DNA of 64,000 bases from Nannocystis bainbridge. GTDB taxonomy: Bacteria; Myxococcota_A; Polyangia; Nannocystales; Nannocystaceae. The notes beneath the pieces were generated by a model, which ran no database searches, had not been told where the DNA came from, and was given only the letters and a program-made list of their open reading frames with translations. Both the position numbers and the translations under genes were made by a program. Positions within the stretch are counted from its first letter, which is position 1, and each line of letters opens with the position of its first letter. The stretch is from the NCBI RefSeq assembly GCF_028368995.1, contig NZ_JAQNDL010000002.1, positions 1,312,001 to 1,376,000 of the forward strand, read 5' to 3'. Below, piece after piece: positions 8,742 through 20,953 of this stretch.

Positions 8742-9977
8742 ATGAGCTTTCTTCGCCAGTACGCGGCGAGCGAGGCCGAGGCGCGGAGGGCCCTGACGCT
8801 GCGGTGGCTGGCGGGGCGGCCGCGCGAGCTGTTCGCCGAGCTGCAGCGCGAGCGGCCGATCCTGGTGACGCCGGGTCTGGTGCTGGTGACGCGCCACGCG
8901 GAGGCGCTCGAGGTGCTGAGCCGCGGCGATGTGTTTTCAGGACATGTCCTCGAGGCCAGGCGGCACGCGCTGTTCGGCGGGTTCTCGCTGGCCGAGCGCG
9001 AGGGGCCGCGGGCGGCGGCCGAGGCGGCGCTGGTGCGGGTGTGCGTGCGGGGGGACGACGCGGACCGGGTGGCGGCGATGAGCCACGACGCGGCGGTGGG
9101 GGCGATGCTGGCAGCGAGCAGCCGCGGCGGGCTCGACGTGGTGCGGGATCTGGCGCACGTGGTGGCGGGGCGGGTGGCGGCGGAGTACCTCGGGGTCAGC
9201 GGGCCGGAGGAGAGCACGCTGGTGCGGTGGGTCGAGGCGATCGCGCGCGATGTCGACGACAACCCCGGGGGCGACAGCGAGATCCACGAGGAGGCCCGCG
9301 CGGCGGTGGCGGAGCTCGGCGGGTACACCGACACGATGGTGGCGTCGCGCCGGGCGCAGCGAGCGTCGGGGCGGATGGCGGGCGACGACGTGCTGGGGCG
9401 GCTGGTGGCGCTGGGGCACCAGCGGCTCGAGGAGCGACGCCTGCGTGAGGTGCTGTTGGCGCTGCTCGTGGCGGCGGTGGAGCCGATCGCGGCCTCGATC
9501 GCGCTGGCGATCGGCGAGCTGATCGATCGGCCCGGGGCGCTGCAGGTGGCCCGCGCGGCGGCGCTGGCCGGCGACGATGCGGGGCTGTGGGCGGTGCTGC
9601 GCGAGGCGCTGCGGTTCTCGCCGCCGCGGCTGACGGTGTGGCGGAGGTGCGAGCAGCGGTATCACCTGGCCCAGGGGACAGGCGACGAGGTGACCGTCGA
9701 CGCCGGCACGGCGGTGGTGGTGGCCATCGCGGCGGCGGCGTTCGATCCGGCGCGCGTCGACGAGCCGGAGCACTTTCGCCTCGACCGGCCGGAGCAGCAC
9801 GATTTCCTGTTCGGCGAGGGGCCGCACGCCTGTCTGGGCCGACACGTGGCGATCGCGGCGGTGCGCGAGGCCTGCAAGGTGCTGCTGGGCCACGAGTTCC
9901 GCCTGTCGGGGCCGCTGCGGCGCGACGGCGGGCGGCCGATCGGATTCCCGATCGCGGTGGCGCCGTTGCCCAAGTAG
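8742..9977 (+). CDS. Cytochrome P450 with an atypical I-helix
   Basis: ExxR (EALRF), FRLDRP meander, heme-ligand motif FGEGPHACLG; I-helix reads AAVEP rather than AGxET. Confidence 0.88.
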   Translation: MSFLRQYAASEAEARRALTLRWLAGRPRELFAELQRERPILVTPGLVLVTRHAEALEVLSRGDVFSGHVLEARRHALFGGFSLAEREGPRAAAEAALVRVCVRGDDADRVAAMSHDAAVGAMLAASSRGGLDVVRDLAHVVAGRVAAEYLGVSGPEESTLVRWVEAIARDVDDNPGGDSEIHEEARAAVAELGGYTDTMVASRRAQRASGRMAGDDVLGRLVALGHQRLEERRLREVLLALLVAAVEPIAASIALAIGELIDRPGALQVARAAALAGDDAGLWAVLREALRFSPPRLTVWRRCEQRYHLAQGTGDEVTVDAGTAVVVAIAAAAFDPARVDEPEHFRLDRPEQHDFLFGEGPHACLGRHVAIAAVREACKVLLGHEFRLSGPLRRDGGRPIGFPIAVAPLPK

Positions 9978-10283
9978 CTGCGGTTGGAGCGACGCGAGAG
10001 CGGGTGCGGCCGCAGGGTTCTTCCGCGGTCGTAAAGGCCGACACGTGGTTCGGCGCCGGATCGGAGCTGGCCTTCGGGACAGGTGAGAGTGGGCAGCGAG
10101 CTCGGGCGTGGTGAGCGCTCCTAGCGCCCTACTCGACGCAAGGAGCGGGTGAGGGTTCGCGCCGGGGCCCCGGCGAGCCCGGCGACAGCCTCCGAACCCT
10201 GTTTGGCGCGGTTTGGCGGCGAGAACGGGCGGACGGCAGTGGCGGGGAGGTGCGTGCTGGCCCGCTCGTGCCATGGAAGCGTC

Positions 10284-10847
10284 ATGACGACCGGGCAAGG
10301 CAGCTTCTCCACCGACATCGCGACCATCCGCAAGCGAGCGCGTGAGCACCTCGAGCAGGGCGCGCTGACCCCCAACTATGGCGCCGATGTGGAGACGGCG
10401 ATCCGCGTGCTCAACGAGGCGCTGGCGACCGAGATCGTATGCGTCCTCCGCTACCGCTTCCACGCGGTCACGGCGACCGGGATCGCCAGCGAGGCGGTCA
10501 AGGCGGAGTTCGAGGAGCACGCGCAGGAAGAAGAGGCGCACATGCTGTGGATCGCCGAACGTATCAATCAGCTCGGCGGTAAGCCCAACTTCAGCCCCGA
10601 CGGGCTGTCGAGCCGCTCGGCGTCGCAGTACGTCGAGGGCGAGAACCTGGTCGACATGATCAAGGAAGACCTGGTGGCGGAGCGGATCGCGATCGAGACG
10701 TATCGCGAGATGATCCGCTACTTCGCGGCGAACGACCCGACGACGCGCATGCTTCTCGAGAAGATCCTGGCGCAGGAAGAGGAGCACGCGAACGACATGC
10801 ACGACCTGCTGGTCGCGCACGAAGGCAAGCCGATGCTCGATCACTAG
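10284..10847 (+). CDS. Bacterioferritin / ferritin-like di-iron protein
   Basis: LNEALATEIVCVLRY, EEEAH...AERI.QLGG.P, EDLVAERIAI..Y, EEEHAND ferroxidase-type motifs. Confidence 0.85.
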   Translation: MTTGQGSFSTDIATIRKRAREHLEQGALTPNYGADVETAIRVLNEALATEIVCVLRYRFHAVTATGIASEAVKAEFEEHAQEEEAHMLWIAERINQLGGKPNFSPDGLSSRSASQYVEGENLVDMIKEDLVAERIAIETYREMIRYFAANDPTTRMLLEKILAQEEEHANDMHDLLVAHEGKPMLDH

Positions 10848-10955
10848 GCGTCAGGCTGCCCAGGCGCTGGAGCGGGGGCCTGCCCGGTGGCGGCCCGCCG
10901 TGGCGGTGACAGCCTCGTGGTGATGTCGAGTGACCTGTCCGCAGGGGCAGGTCGC

Positions 10956-11321
10956 TCAACGTCCGTCCAGCTGGCCATCGAGCCAGGCGAGCGCTTCGGG
11001 CTCGGCGGCGAAGATCCGGAGGGTGTCGCTCTTGCCGGTGATGCGGAGCATCAGGTTGATGGCGGCGCGGACCAGTGGGCTGCTCGTGACCGTGGCGGTC
11101 GGCCCGGCTTCGGTCACCTGGACCAGGATCTTGCGCGCCTCGGTGGTGTACTCGGTGCCGCGAGTGACCACGCAGATCGTGGGCCGCATGAAGTGCGGGC
11201 CGCCCCTCGTGAAATGCTGGACGTAGGCCTCGGCCTCCGCCGTGTCAAACACGCCCGTGACGCCGACGCGCACGTAGCCGCGGCCCCGGGGCGTCACGCG
11301 CTCTTCGAAGACGATCGGCAT
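10956..11321 (-). CDS. Small hypothetical protein, STAS/SEC14 (SpoIIAA-like) type
   Basis: 121 aa; EARK...SPLVRAAINLMLR...F..E.EALAWL pattern seen in myxobacterial STAS/SEC14-like proteins. Confidence 0.6.
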   Translation of the reverse strand: MPIVFEERVTPRGRGYVRVGVTGVFDTAEAEAYVQHFTRGGPHFMRPTICVVTRGTEYTTEARKILVQVTEAGPTATVTSSPLVRAAINLMLRITGKSDTLRIFAAEPEALAWLDGQLDGR

Positions 11322-11696
11322 GCTCGAGCGGAGCTTCGACTGTAGTGAAGTCGGCCGGGCGGATCAACGTGGCGGGCGGCGGCTGCAGCTGACGTCAGGT
11401 CAGGCGCCCGGGCGGGGTGATGGCCGATCGGTGGGTCGTGTTCTGAGAGGGAAAGACAGCCCGCTCTGTCGTGGCGCGCGGGTGAAGCCGGGTGAGCGCG
11501 GAGCTCGGGCGAATTCTGTGTCGGCGCTGGAAGACCATGGGTCGCCGAGGCCACGGTTCGTGGCGCGGTCACGCGCGGCGTTCGCCTGGGCTTCGGTCGG
11601 GGCCGGGGTCCGCGGGTGCGCACGACGAGGCCGCGAGGACCGAGGCCGTCGCGGCGCGATGGGCGGCGGGATCGTCGCGGCGCGAGGCGATGCCGT

Positions 11697-11780
11697 GATC
11701 CGCAAGGACATGGCCTGAAGCGCATGCTCTGAAGGACATGCCTTAGAGGACATGTCGTGATGGACATGGCGTGAGGGACA
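11697..11780. repeat. Array of 6 in-register 14-bp units
   Basis: GATCCgcaaGGACA, TGGCCtgaaGCGCA, TGCTCtgaaGGACA, TGCCTtagaGGACA, TGTCGtgatGGACA, TGGCGtgagGGACA; ends 5 bp from the stop at 11786. Confidence 0.88.
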
Positions 11781-11785
11781 GGCAG

Positions 11786-13063
11786 TCACCCGCCCCAGAA
11801 GGCGACCACGTCGGCGATGGTGTCGCGCGGGCGCAGGACGGTGACGGCGTCGCCGTCGAGGCCGAGGGCGATCGGGATCGCGCGGCTGCAGTAGCGCGAC
11901 CACATCGAGAGGGTGTAGGCGCCGGTGTCGCGGATCAGCACGTGGTCGCCAGGGGCGAGGGCGGGCAGCGGGAGGTCGCGGGCGAGCAGGTCGCCGCCGA
12001 AGCACAGCGGGCCGGCGAGGGTGGTGGCGACGGGGTCGCCGGCGATCGGGTGGCCGTCCGGGTCCAGGGCGAGGAAGTCGTGGTGCCACTCGTTCGGCCG
12101 GTAGACGCGGCGGACGAACAGATCGGCGCCGACGTGGAGGACGGCGACCGGGCCGGGCTTGACGACCTCGACGCGCGAGACGACGAAGCCGCAGTCGGCC
12201 AGGAGCGAGCGGCCGAACTCGGTGACGAGCAGAATGTCGGTCTGGAACAGCTCGGGGATGGCGGCGCGCAGGGCTGCGGCGTAGGCGGCGGGGGTGAGGC
12301 GCGGGGCGTCGTCGCGGTACTGCGCCGGCAGGCCGCCGCCGAGGTCGAACATGTCGATCGGGTCGTGGCGCGTGGCGCTCAGCTCGCGCCGCAGCTGCCA
12401 CACGCGGGCGACGCCGTCGACGAGCTCGGGGATGGTGGTGCCCTGCGAGCCGATGTGGACGTGCAGGCCGCTGAGGAAGCGGTGACGCGCGAAGGCGTCG
12501 AGGATCGCGGGGCGCTGCGACAGGGGGACGCCGAAGCGGCTGCCGCGGTGGCCGACGCTGGTGAGGGCGAGGGCGGCCTCGGCGAGCTCGGGGTTGATCC
12601 GCAGGCCGATCCGGCTGCGGCTGGCTGGCGTGTGAAGGGCGGCGATCCGCTCGAGCTCGGCGAAGTTGTCGGCGTTGATCCGCAGGCCCAGGTGCAGGGC
12701 CTCGGCCAGCTCGGGCACGGTCTTGGCGGGCGAGTCGAAGACGATCCGGTCGGGGCTGCAACCTGCGCGAAGGGCCAGGTGAACCTCCTCGATCGAGGCG
12801 GCCTCGAGGCCGAACCCCGCGGCCACGACGACGCGCAAAAGGTTTAAAAGGGGGTTGGCCTTGATCGCTACGGTGTGGAGGGCGCGCGGGGCGGTGAAGG
12901 CGAGCGTGAGGTCGGCGAGCTTGGTGCGCAGACGATCGAGGTCGTGGACGAGGACCGCAGGCTCGTCGGCGTGGCCGGCGGCGCGGACGCGGCGGTAGGC
13001 CGCGGCGAGCTGCTGCGGAGCGGGACGAGCGTCGACGCGGGGCATGAGCTCAGCGTCGCGCAT
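11786..13063 (-). CDS. PLP-dependent group IV (fold type III) decarboxylase, diaminopimelate decarboxylase-like
   Basis: AIKANP (PLP lysine), EAASIEE, HVHIGSQ, DLGGG, EFGR, GPLCFGGD, DTGAY. Confidence 0.85.
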   Translation of the reverse strand: MRDAELMPRVDARPAPQQLAAAYRRVRAAGHADEPAVLVHDLDRLRTKLADLTLAFTAPRALHTVAIKANPLLNLLRVVVAAGFGLEAASIEEVHLALRAGCSPDRIVFDSPAKTVPELAEALHLGLRINADNFAELERIAALHTPASRSRIGLRINPELAEAALALTSVGHRGSRFGVPLSQRPAILDAFARHRFLSGLHVHIGSQGTTIPELVDGVARVWQLRRELSATRHDPIDMFDLGGGLPAQYRDDAPRLTPAAYAAALRAAIPELFQTDILLVTEFGRSLLADCGFVVSRVEVVKPGPVAVLHVGADLFVRRVYRPNEWHHDFLALDPDGHPIAGDPVATTLAGPLCFGGDLLARDLPLPALAPGDHVLIRDTGAYTLSMWSRYCSRAIPIALGLDGDAVTVLRPRDTIADVVAFWGG

Positions 13064-13215
13064 GTCGTGGGGCCGTGCCAGCCGCGGCCGCTGTGCATGC
13101 GCGTGCAGGGCGGTCGCCCGATCGAAGGCGAGAGGGCAGCAGGCGTACGTGCGGCCCAGTCGCCGGCGGTTGTTGGGCGTACGCAGGGACCGCCGATTGG
13201 TCCGCGCGGGGCGGT

Positions 13216-13285
13216 CACGGGGCGCTTGAACGAGCTACGAGGCGACGCTGCACGGGGCGCTTGAACGAGCTCCGACGCGGCGCTG
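13216..13285. repeat. Two-copy 35-bp direct repeat
   Basis: CACGGGGCGCTTGAACGAGCT(A/C)CGA(G/C)GCG(A/G)CGCTG at 13216 and 13251. Confidence 0.7.
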
Positions 13286-13360
13286 CACTGCCGGCGCGAG
13301 CGCGGCAGGACAGGGGCAGCAGGCAGGCGGCGTGCTCGCCGGTGGCCGGCGTGCTGCGCC

Positions 13361-14713
13361 TCAGTTGCGTTCGCCGGCGAGGATCGCCTTGGCGGCGTCG
13401 TGGCCGCTCTGGACCGCCGACTCGATCGTCGCGGGGAGGCCGGTGCGGACCCAGTCGCCGGCCATGTAGAGGCCGCGCACGGGGCCGGTGACTTCGGGGC
13501 GGCAGTGGTAGGTGCCGGCCGCGTGGGAGATGGTGGCGCGCTTCTCCTTGATGACCTTGAAGCGCTTGATCGCGGGACCCTGGGGGCCGGCGGCGGGGAA
13601 GTAGCGCTGCAGCTCGGACTGCAGCAGCGCCTGCAGGGTCTCGGGCGGGTCGTCGACGCAGGCCCGGGCGGCGCTGATCGTGCAGTTCATCATGGCCTCG
13701 CCGCCGACCTCGCCTTCGATGCGCGAGCGGTTGAACATCCAGTGCAGCGGGCCGGCGACCAGGCCGATGAACGGATCTTCGAACGGCGCGCGGTCGACCG
13801 AGAACCACAGGTTGACGATCGGCGACGGGCGCAGGCGGGCGATGTCCTGATAGACGGGGTGGCTCGGCAGGGCGCCCGGGAGCATGTCGAGGAAGGCCTG
13901 CGGGGGGACCGACGAGACGACCACGTCGGCCGCGAGGGTCTCGCCCGACTTGAGGGTGACGCCGGTGACGCGGGCGTTCGTGACCTCGAGCGCGCGCACC
14001 GGCTCGCCGAGGCGCAGGTCGCAGCCGCGGGCGCGCAGGTAGGCCAGCGCTTGCTCGACGTAGAGGCGCGACAGCGGGACCTTGGGCACGCCGAGGCGCG
14101 AGGCGTCGCGGCTGGTGAGGAAGGCGCGGTCGAGCACGGCGGTGAACATCGCCGCCGACGAGACCAGCGGGTCGTCGTTGAGGGTGCCCCAGATGAGCGG
14201 GTCCCAGAAGGCGTTGCGCAGGGTCGGCGTCTGGCCGAGGCGGCGCAGCCAGCTGTCGCAGGTCTCGTTGTCGTCGGGGCGCTGGACCTCGCCGCGCAGC
14301 ATGAGGCCGGCGCGCAGGGCCGCGGCCTTGTCGAGCAAGCCGAGGCCGCGCATCGTCAGCAGGCCGGTGGCGAGGTGCAGCGGCGCGGGCAGGGCCGGGC
14401 ACTGCAGGTGCAGCCGCTTGCCGCCCGGCTTCACCATCGTCACTTCGAGGTTCTTCTGGAAGTAGATGCCGTCGGTGCTGTCGATCGCGCGCAGGAACGC
14501 CAGGGTCTCGCGGTAGCAGCCCATCAGCAGGTGCTGGCCGTTGTCGACCTCGCGGTCGAGGGTGGAGTCGTGGAACGAGCGGGCCCGGCCGCCGCCGGCG
14601 CGGGTGGCCTCGATCAGGGTGACGACCCGGCCGGCCTCGGCCAGGCGCACGGCCGCGGACAGGCCGGCGAGGCCGCCGCCGATCACGATGACGCTGCGGG
14701 TGCTTTCGGACAT
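13361..14713 (-). CDS. hpnE: Hydroxysqualene dehydroxylase HpnE (FAD-dependent)
   Basis: IGGGLAGLSAA, GGRARSF, DNGQHLLMGCY, EKRAT, AGDWVRTGLPATIESAVQSG; follows hpnCD. Confidence 0.92.
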   Translation of the reverse strand: MSESTRSVIVIGGGLAGLSAAVRLAEAGRVVTLIEATRAGGGRARSFHDSTLDREVDNGQHLLMGCYRETLAFLRAIDSTDGIYFQKNLEVTMVKPGGKRLHLQCPALPAPLHLATGLLTMRGLGLLDKAAALRAGLMLRGEVQRPDDNETCDSWLRRLGQTPTLRNAFWDPLIWGTLNDDPLVSSAAMFTAVLDRAFLTSRDASRLGVPKVPLSRLYVEQALAYLRARGCDLRLGEPVRALEVTNARVTGVTLKSGETLAADVVVSSVPPQAFLDMLPGALPSHPVYQDIARLRPSPIVNLWFSVDRAPFEDPFIGLVAGPLHWMFNRSRIEGEVGGEAMMNCTISAARACVDDPPETLQALLQSELQRYFPAAGPQGPAIKRFKVIKEKRATISHAAGTYHCRPEVTGPVRGLYMAGDWVRTGLPATIESAVQSGHDAAKAILAGERN

Positions 14714-14796
14714 GACGGAAGGGACATTCTCGAGAGGACAGGGCCGAAGCGACAGGTCCGAATGGACATGTCCGCCCGGACAGGACGGTCAGGACA
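14699..14796. repeat. Array of 7 in-register 14-bp units filling the whole hpnD-hpnE spacer
   Basis: Right half-sites (GGACA, once CGACA) end at 14712, 14726, 14740, 14754, 14768, 14782 and 14796; overlaps the hpnE start and hpnD stop. Confidence 0.88.
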
Positions 14797-15706
14797 GGAC
14801 GCTGGCGCCGGCGCGGGCCAGCGCGAAGGCGGCGACGCGCAGCTTGTCGCGGCGGCGCAGCGAGGCGCGGCGGGTGAACACGTTGTAGTTGCGGGCCCGG
14901 ATCTCCTGCAGGATCTCGTAGTAGGTGCGGCCCATGATCTCGGCCGGCAGCAGGCGGCGCTGCGGGATGTCCGGCAGCAGGGCCCAGGCGGCGTGGTACT
15001 CGCGCTCGGCCGCGGCGGCGAAGTCGGCCGCGGCGCCGACGAACCGGCCGTCGTAGCGGTAGTTGAAGATGTCGTCGGGCGTCAGGCCGTGGCGGGCCAG
15101 CAGCTCGAGCGGGAGGTAGATCCGGCCGCGCGCGGCGTCCTCGGCGACGTCGCGGAGGATGTTGGTGTACTGCAGCGCGAGCCCGAGGTGCTCGGCGTAG
15201 CGGCGGGTCTGCTCGCGCTGGTCCTTGAAGATGGCGACGCACAGGAAGCCGACGCACGAGGCGACGCGGTAGCAGTAGAGCCGCAGCTGCTCCATGTCGT
15301 CGTAGGTGCTGCGGTCGAGGTCCATCGCCACGCCGGCGATGATCTCGTCGAAGGCCTCGCGCGGGTAGTGGAAGTGCTTGTTGCTCTCGGCCAGCTGGCG
15401 CCCGAGCTCGGTGTGCGGCGGGTCGTCGTCGACGTAGGCGTCGCCGTAGATCCGCGCGACCTCGGCGCTCCAGAAGGCCAGCGCGCGGCGGGCCGACTCC
15501 TCGCCGACGGGGCCCGGCTCGCGCTCGTCGACGATGTCGTCGACGACGCGGCAGAACTCGTAGACCTGCTTGAGGCCCTCGCGCTGCTCGGGGCCCAGGA
15601 ACAGGAACGCGAACTTGAAGTTCGAGTTGGAGCGCTGGAGCAGGCGCCGCCACAGCGCCGCGGCGCCGCTCGGGATGGTGCGCGCGAGTTCCATGAACTG
15701 GGCCAT
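14789..15706 (-). CDS. hpnD: Presqualene diphosphate synthase HpnD
   Basis: SNSNFKFAF, VYEFCRVVDDIVD, YCYRVASCVG, ALQYTNILRDVAEDAARGRIYLP. Confidence 0.9.
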   Translation of the reverse strand: MAQFMELARTIPSGAAALWRRLLQRSNSNFKFAFLFLGPEQREGLKQVYEFCRVVDDIVDEREPGPVGEESARRALAFWSAEVARIYGDAYVDDDPPHTELGRQLAESNKHFHYPREAFDEIIAGVAMDLDRSTYDDMEQLRLYCYRVASCVGFLCVAIFKDQREQTRRYAEHLGLALQYTNILRDVAEDAARGRIYLPLELLARHGLTPDDIFNYRYDGRFVGAAADFAAAAEREYHAAWALLPDIPQRRLLPAEIMGRTYYEILQEIRARNYNVFTRRASLRRRDKLRVAAFALARAGASVLS

Positions 15707-15714
15707 CGTGCGGT

Positions 15715-16689
15715 CTAGACCTCGCCGCGGAGGAAGCGGCGGCCGAACGAGAAGATCGAGCGCGCGGCGATGCCGAGCATGTCCTGCTTCTCGAGGGTGG
15801 GGCGGAAGGCGAGCACCTCGTAGTCGAGGTCCTCGATGCGCTGGAGGATGGCCATGCCGCCGCGCCAGGTCGCCTCGAGCTCCATCGAAAGGCCAGGCTC
15901 GACGCGGCGGACCAGCGGGTAGCCGCGGAGGAACATGCTGCGGCAGCGCGAGACCGAGAACGCCATCAGCTCCTTGAAGGCGCGGGTGTGGCGGCCGGCG
16001 AGCAGGTCCTCGCGGGTGACGTTGAAGTGGACGAGGTCCTCCTCGGGCAGGTAGCAGCGGCCGCGCGGGGTGTCGACGCTCAGGTCCTGGAGGAAGTTGG
16101 CGATCTGCAGGGCGGCGCAGATCTCGTCGCTGAAGCGGTGCAGCTCCGGCTCCTGGTGCCCGTGCACGTAGAGCACGAGCTGGCCGACCGGGTGGGCCGA
16201 GTGCTTGCAGTAGTGACGCAGCTCGGCGAACGTGCCGTAGCGCTTCTGCGTCAGGTCCATGCGGAAGGCGGTCAGCAGCGCCTTGAACGGGCCGATCGGG
16301 ATGTTGTGGCGGCGCACCGTGTCGCGCAGGGCCAAAAACACCGGGTGCTGGACCTCCTTGTGGTAGGCGGCGACCAGCAGCTGCTCCCAGCGATCGAGGG
16401 CGTCGACGCGGCGGGCCTCGAAGCGCGGCTCGTCGGCGAAGTCGTCGGCGGTGCGGGCGAACGCGTAGATCGCCATGATGTTGGGCCGCAGGTGCGCCGG
16501 CAGGAAGCGCGAGGCGACCGGGAAGTTCTCGTAGTGGGTGGTGGCCATGCGCTCGCAGTAGCGGTAGGCCGTCTCGAGGGTCCACGGCCCGGGCGGGGCG
16601 CCGTCGGGCGAGCTGACGCGCTGGCCCTCGAGGTCGCCGTCGGGGGGCGGGGGGACGCAGAAGAGGCGGGGTTCCGTGGCGCTGACCAT
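15715..16689 (-). CDS. hpnC: Squalene synthase HpnC
   Basis: HYENFPVAS signature, IYAFARTADDFADE, YCKHSAHPVG, LQIANFLQD. Confidence 0.92.
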   Translation of the reverse strand: MVSATEPRLFCVPPPPDGDLEGQRVSSPDGAPPGPWTLETAYRYCERMATTHYENFPVASRFLPAHLRPNIMAIYAFARTADDFADEPRFEARRVDALDRWEQLLVAAYHKEVQHPVFLALRDTVRRHNIPIGPFKALLTAFRMDLTQKRYGTFAELRHYCKHSAHPVGQLVLYVHGHQEPELHRFSDEICAALQIANFLQDLSVDTPRGRCYLPEEDLVHFNVTREDLLAGRHTRAFKELMAFSVSRCRSMFLRGYPLVRRVEPGLSMELEATWRGGMAILQRIEDLDYEVLAFRPTLEKQDMLGIAARSIFSFGRRFLRGEV

Positions 16690-16782
16690 GACGGGTTCTC
16701 CGAGGAGTAGGCGAGGCGAGGCGAGTCGTGGGCGGCGGTGCGGGAGCGAGGCCGTCGCGGGTTCTCGAGGATGAGCGGAAGT

Positions 16783-19037
<2,255 letters not shown>

Positions 19038-19041
<4 letters not shown>

Positions 19042-20033
19042 GCGAGCACCTCGACCGACGGATCGGGGCCGGGGCCGACGATGTCGACGGCGTGCACGCC
19101 GGGCACGTCGCGCAGGCGCAGCGCGAGGTCGTCGGCGTGGGCGGTCAGGCACAGCACCTTGACGTGCGGGCCGGCGTCGCTGGTGACGAAGCCCTGCAGG
19201 CCGTCGCCGCGCAGGCGCCACACGGCGTGGATGACGTCGAGGGTGGCGCCGCGCCAGTACACGATCGGCGGGCGGCTGGCCATCATGCAGGCGTGCATCT
19301 TGAAGCAGGAGTGCTCGAGGATGTCCCCGAGGACAGGTAGGTCGCGGGCCGCCAGCGCGGCCTCGGCGGCGGCGAGGTCGGCCTCGGAGGTGTCGACCCA
19401 CGGGCCGTAGTAGGGCGAGGTGTCGCGGCTGCGCTGCATGCCGGCGGTCGAGCCGAGCGACTTGGGGCCGCGCTCGGTGTGGACGATGAGCAGGCGGACG
19501 TCCCAGTGCGACTGCGGCTGCAGCGGGTAGGCCCGGCAGTCGCTGCCGTCGGGCTGCACGCCGCGGTCGAGGCGGACGAAGCCGCCCCACAGCGAGCGCG
19601 CGGCCGAGCCGGAGCCGCGGCGCGCCAGGGCCGACAGCGCGGGGCGGCCGGGCTCGTACTCGAAGGCGGCGGCGGCGGCGAGGGTCAGGGCGGCGAAGCC
19701 CGAGGCGCTGCTGGCCAGGCCGGCGGCCGTCGGCAGGTGGTTGTGCGAGGTGACGGCGCAGGTCGGACGCGCACCGGCGTGACCGGCGGCCTGCCACATG
19801 CGATCGAGGTGGCGCATGACCTTGGCCGCGACCTCGCCCGAAGCTGGCTCTTGGTTCAGGTGGAACGAGTCCTGCTCGCCGGGACCGACGGTGGTCACGC
19901 TGCGCAGGTGATCGAGGGTCAGCGACAGCGAACCGACGGCCGGCAGATTGAGGTCGGCCGGCGACGCGTCGCGCTTGCCCCAATACTTGACGAGGGCGAT
20001 GTTGGTATGGGCGACGGCCCGGGCGCTCTTCAT
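19038..20033 (-). CDS. mvaD: Diphosphomevalonate decarboxylase
   Basis: AHTNIALVKYWGK, PTAAGLASSASGFAAL, ARRGSGSAARS, TSDAGPHVK. Confidence 0.93.
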
Positions 20034-20953
20034 GACGCGGCGACCTCGACGGACAGCGGACGGAGGGTGGGGAAGGCGGCGGTGAGGCGATCGGGGGCGT
20101 CGCCGGCGAGGACCAGCAGGCAGCCGCCGCAGCCGGCCCCGGTGAGCTTGGCCCCGCGCGCGCCGGCGGCCCGCGCGTCGGCGGCCATGCGGTCGAGCGC
20201 GGGCGAGGAGACGTCGAGCGCGCCGAGCAGGCCGTGGGCGACGTCGAAGAGGACGCCGAGCGTGTCGAGGTCGCCGTGCTCGATGGCGTGGATGCCCGCC
20301 TCGACGGCCTGACCGACGGCGATCAGGACCGGGCGGACGACGCTCGGCAGGTGCTCGAGGCGGCTGCGGCAGCGCGCGACCTGATCGGCGGTGCTGCGCG
20401 GGATGCCGCTCGGGATGATGACGAGCGGCAGCGAGGCGCCGGGGTGGATGGTCCGCGGGGGCTCGCCGCGGACGTAGCGGAGGACCCCGCCCTGGGCGGC
20501 GACGCGGCTGTCGAGGCCGGACGGCTCGCCGTGGAACACGCGCTCGCCGGCCAGCGAGGCGGCGACGACGTCGTCGATGCTGGCGTCTGGCCCGAAGACC
20601 AGGCGGGCGAGGGCGACGGTGAGGGCCGCGGACGAGCCGAGGCCGGCGCGCGAGGGCAGGGCGCTGGTGCCCTGGATCGCCCAGCCGGTGACGGGGCCGT
20701 CGCAGTGGGCGAGGACCTCGAGGCAGGCACGCGCGACCGGATGATCGCTGCCAGGATGCAGCTCGAGGTCGAGGTCCCAGGCGGGGATCTCGAGGGTGAT
20801 CGGCAGGCGCGGATCGGGCCGCGGGCGCGCCTCGAGCACGATGCCCTGCGGCAGGCCGGCGGCGACGGCCGGGTAGCCGTAGACGACGGCGTGCTCGCCG
20901 AGCACGATGACCTTGCCGTGGGCCTCGGCGCGCGCGTGCAGCGGGATGGTCAT
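20030..20953 (-). CDS. mvk: Mevalonate kinase
   Basis: HGKVIVLGEHAVVYG, GLGSSAA, ERVFHGEPSGLD, GAKLTGAGCGG; ATGA overlap with the fni stop. Confidence 0.92.
   Translation of the reverse strand: MTIPLHARAEAHGKVIVLGEHAVVYGYPAVAAGLPQGIVLEARPRPDPRLPITLEIPAWDLDLELHPGSDHPVARACLEVLAHCDGPVTGWAIQGTSALPSRAGLGSSAALTVALARLVFGPDASIDDVVAASLAGERVFHGEPSGLDSRVAAQGGVLRYVRGEPPRTIHPGASLPLVIIPSGIPRSTADQVARCRSRLEHLPSVVRPVLIAVGQAVEAGIHAIEHGDLDTLGVLFDVAHGLLGALDVSSPALDRMAADARAAGARGAKLTGAGCGGCLLVLAGDAPDRLTAAFPTLRPLSVEVAAS

Noticed and set aside
6903-9977. 1024-aa ORF read as a large P450 fusion; likewise apparent fusions in ORFs 14789..18541, 20030..22306, 20950..24024 and 53568..55643
   Set aside because: The N-terminal extensions are Arg/Pro/Gly-rich off-frame read-through overlapping real genes. 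Only PMK::HMGR and CobA::HemD have genuine motifs in both halves.
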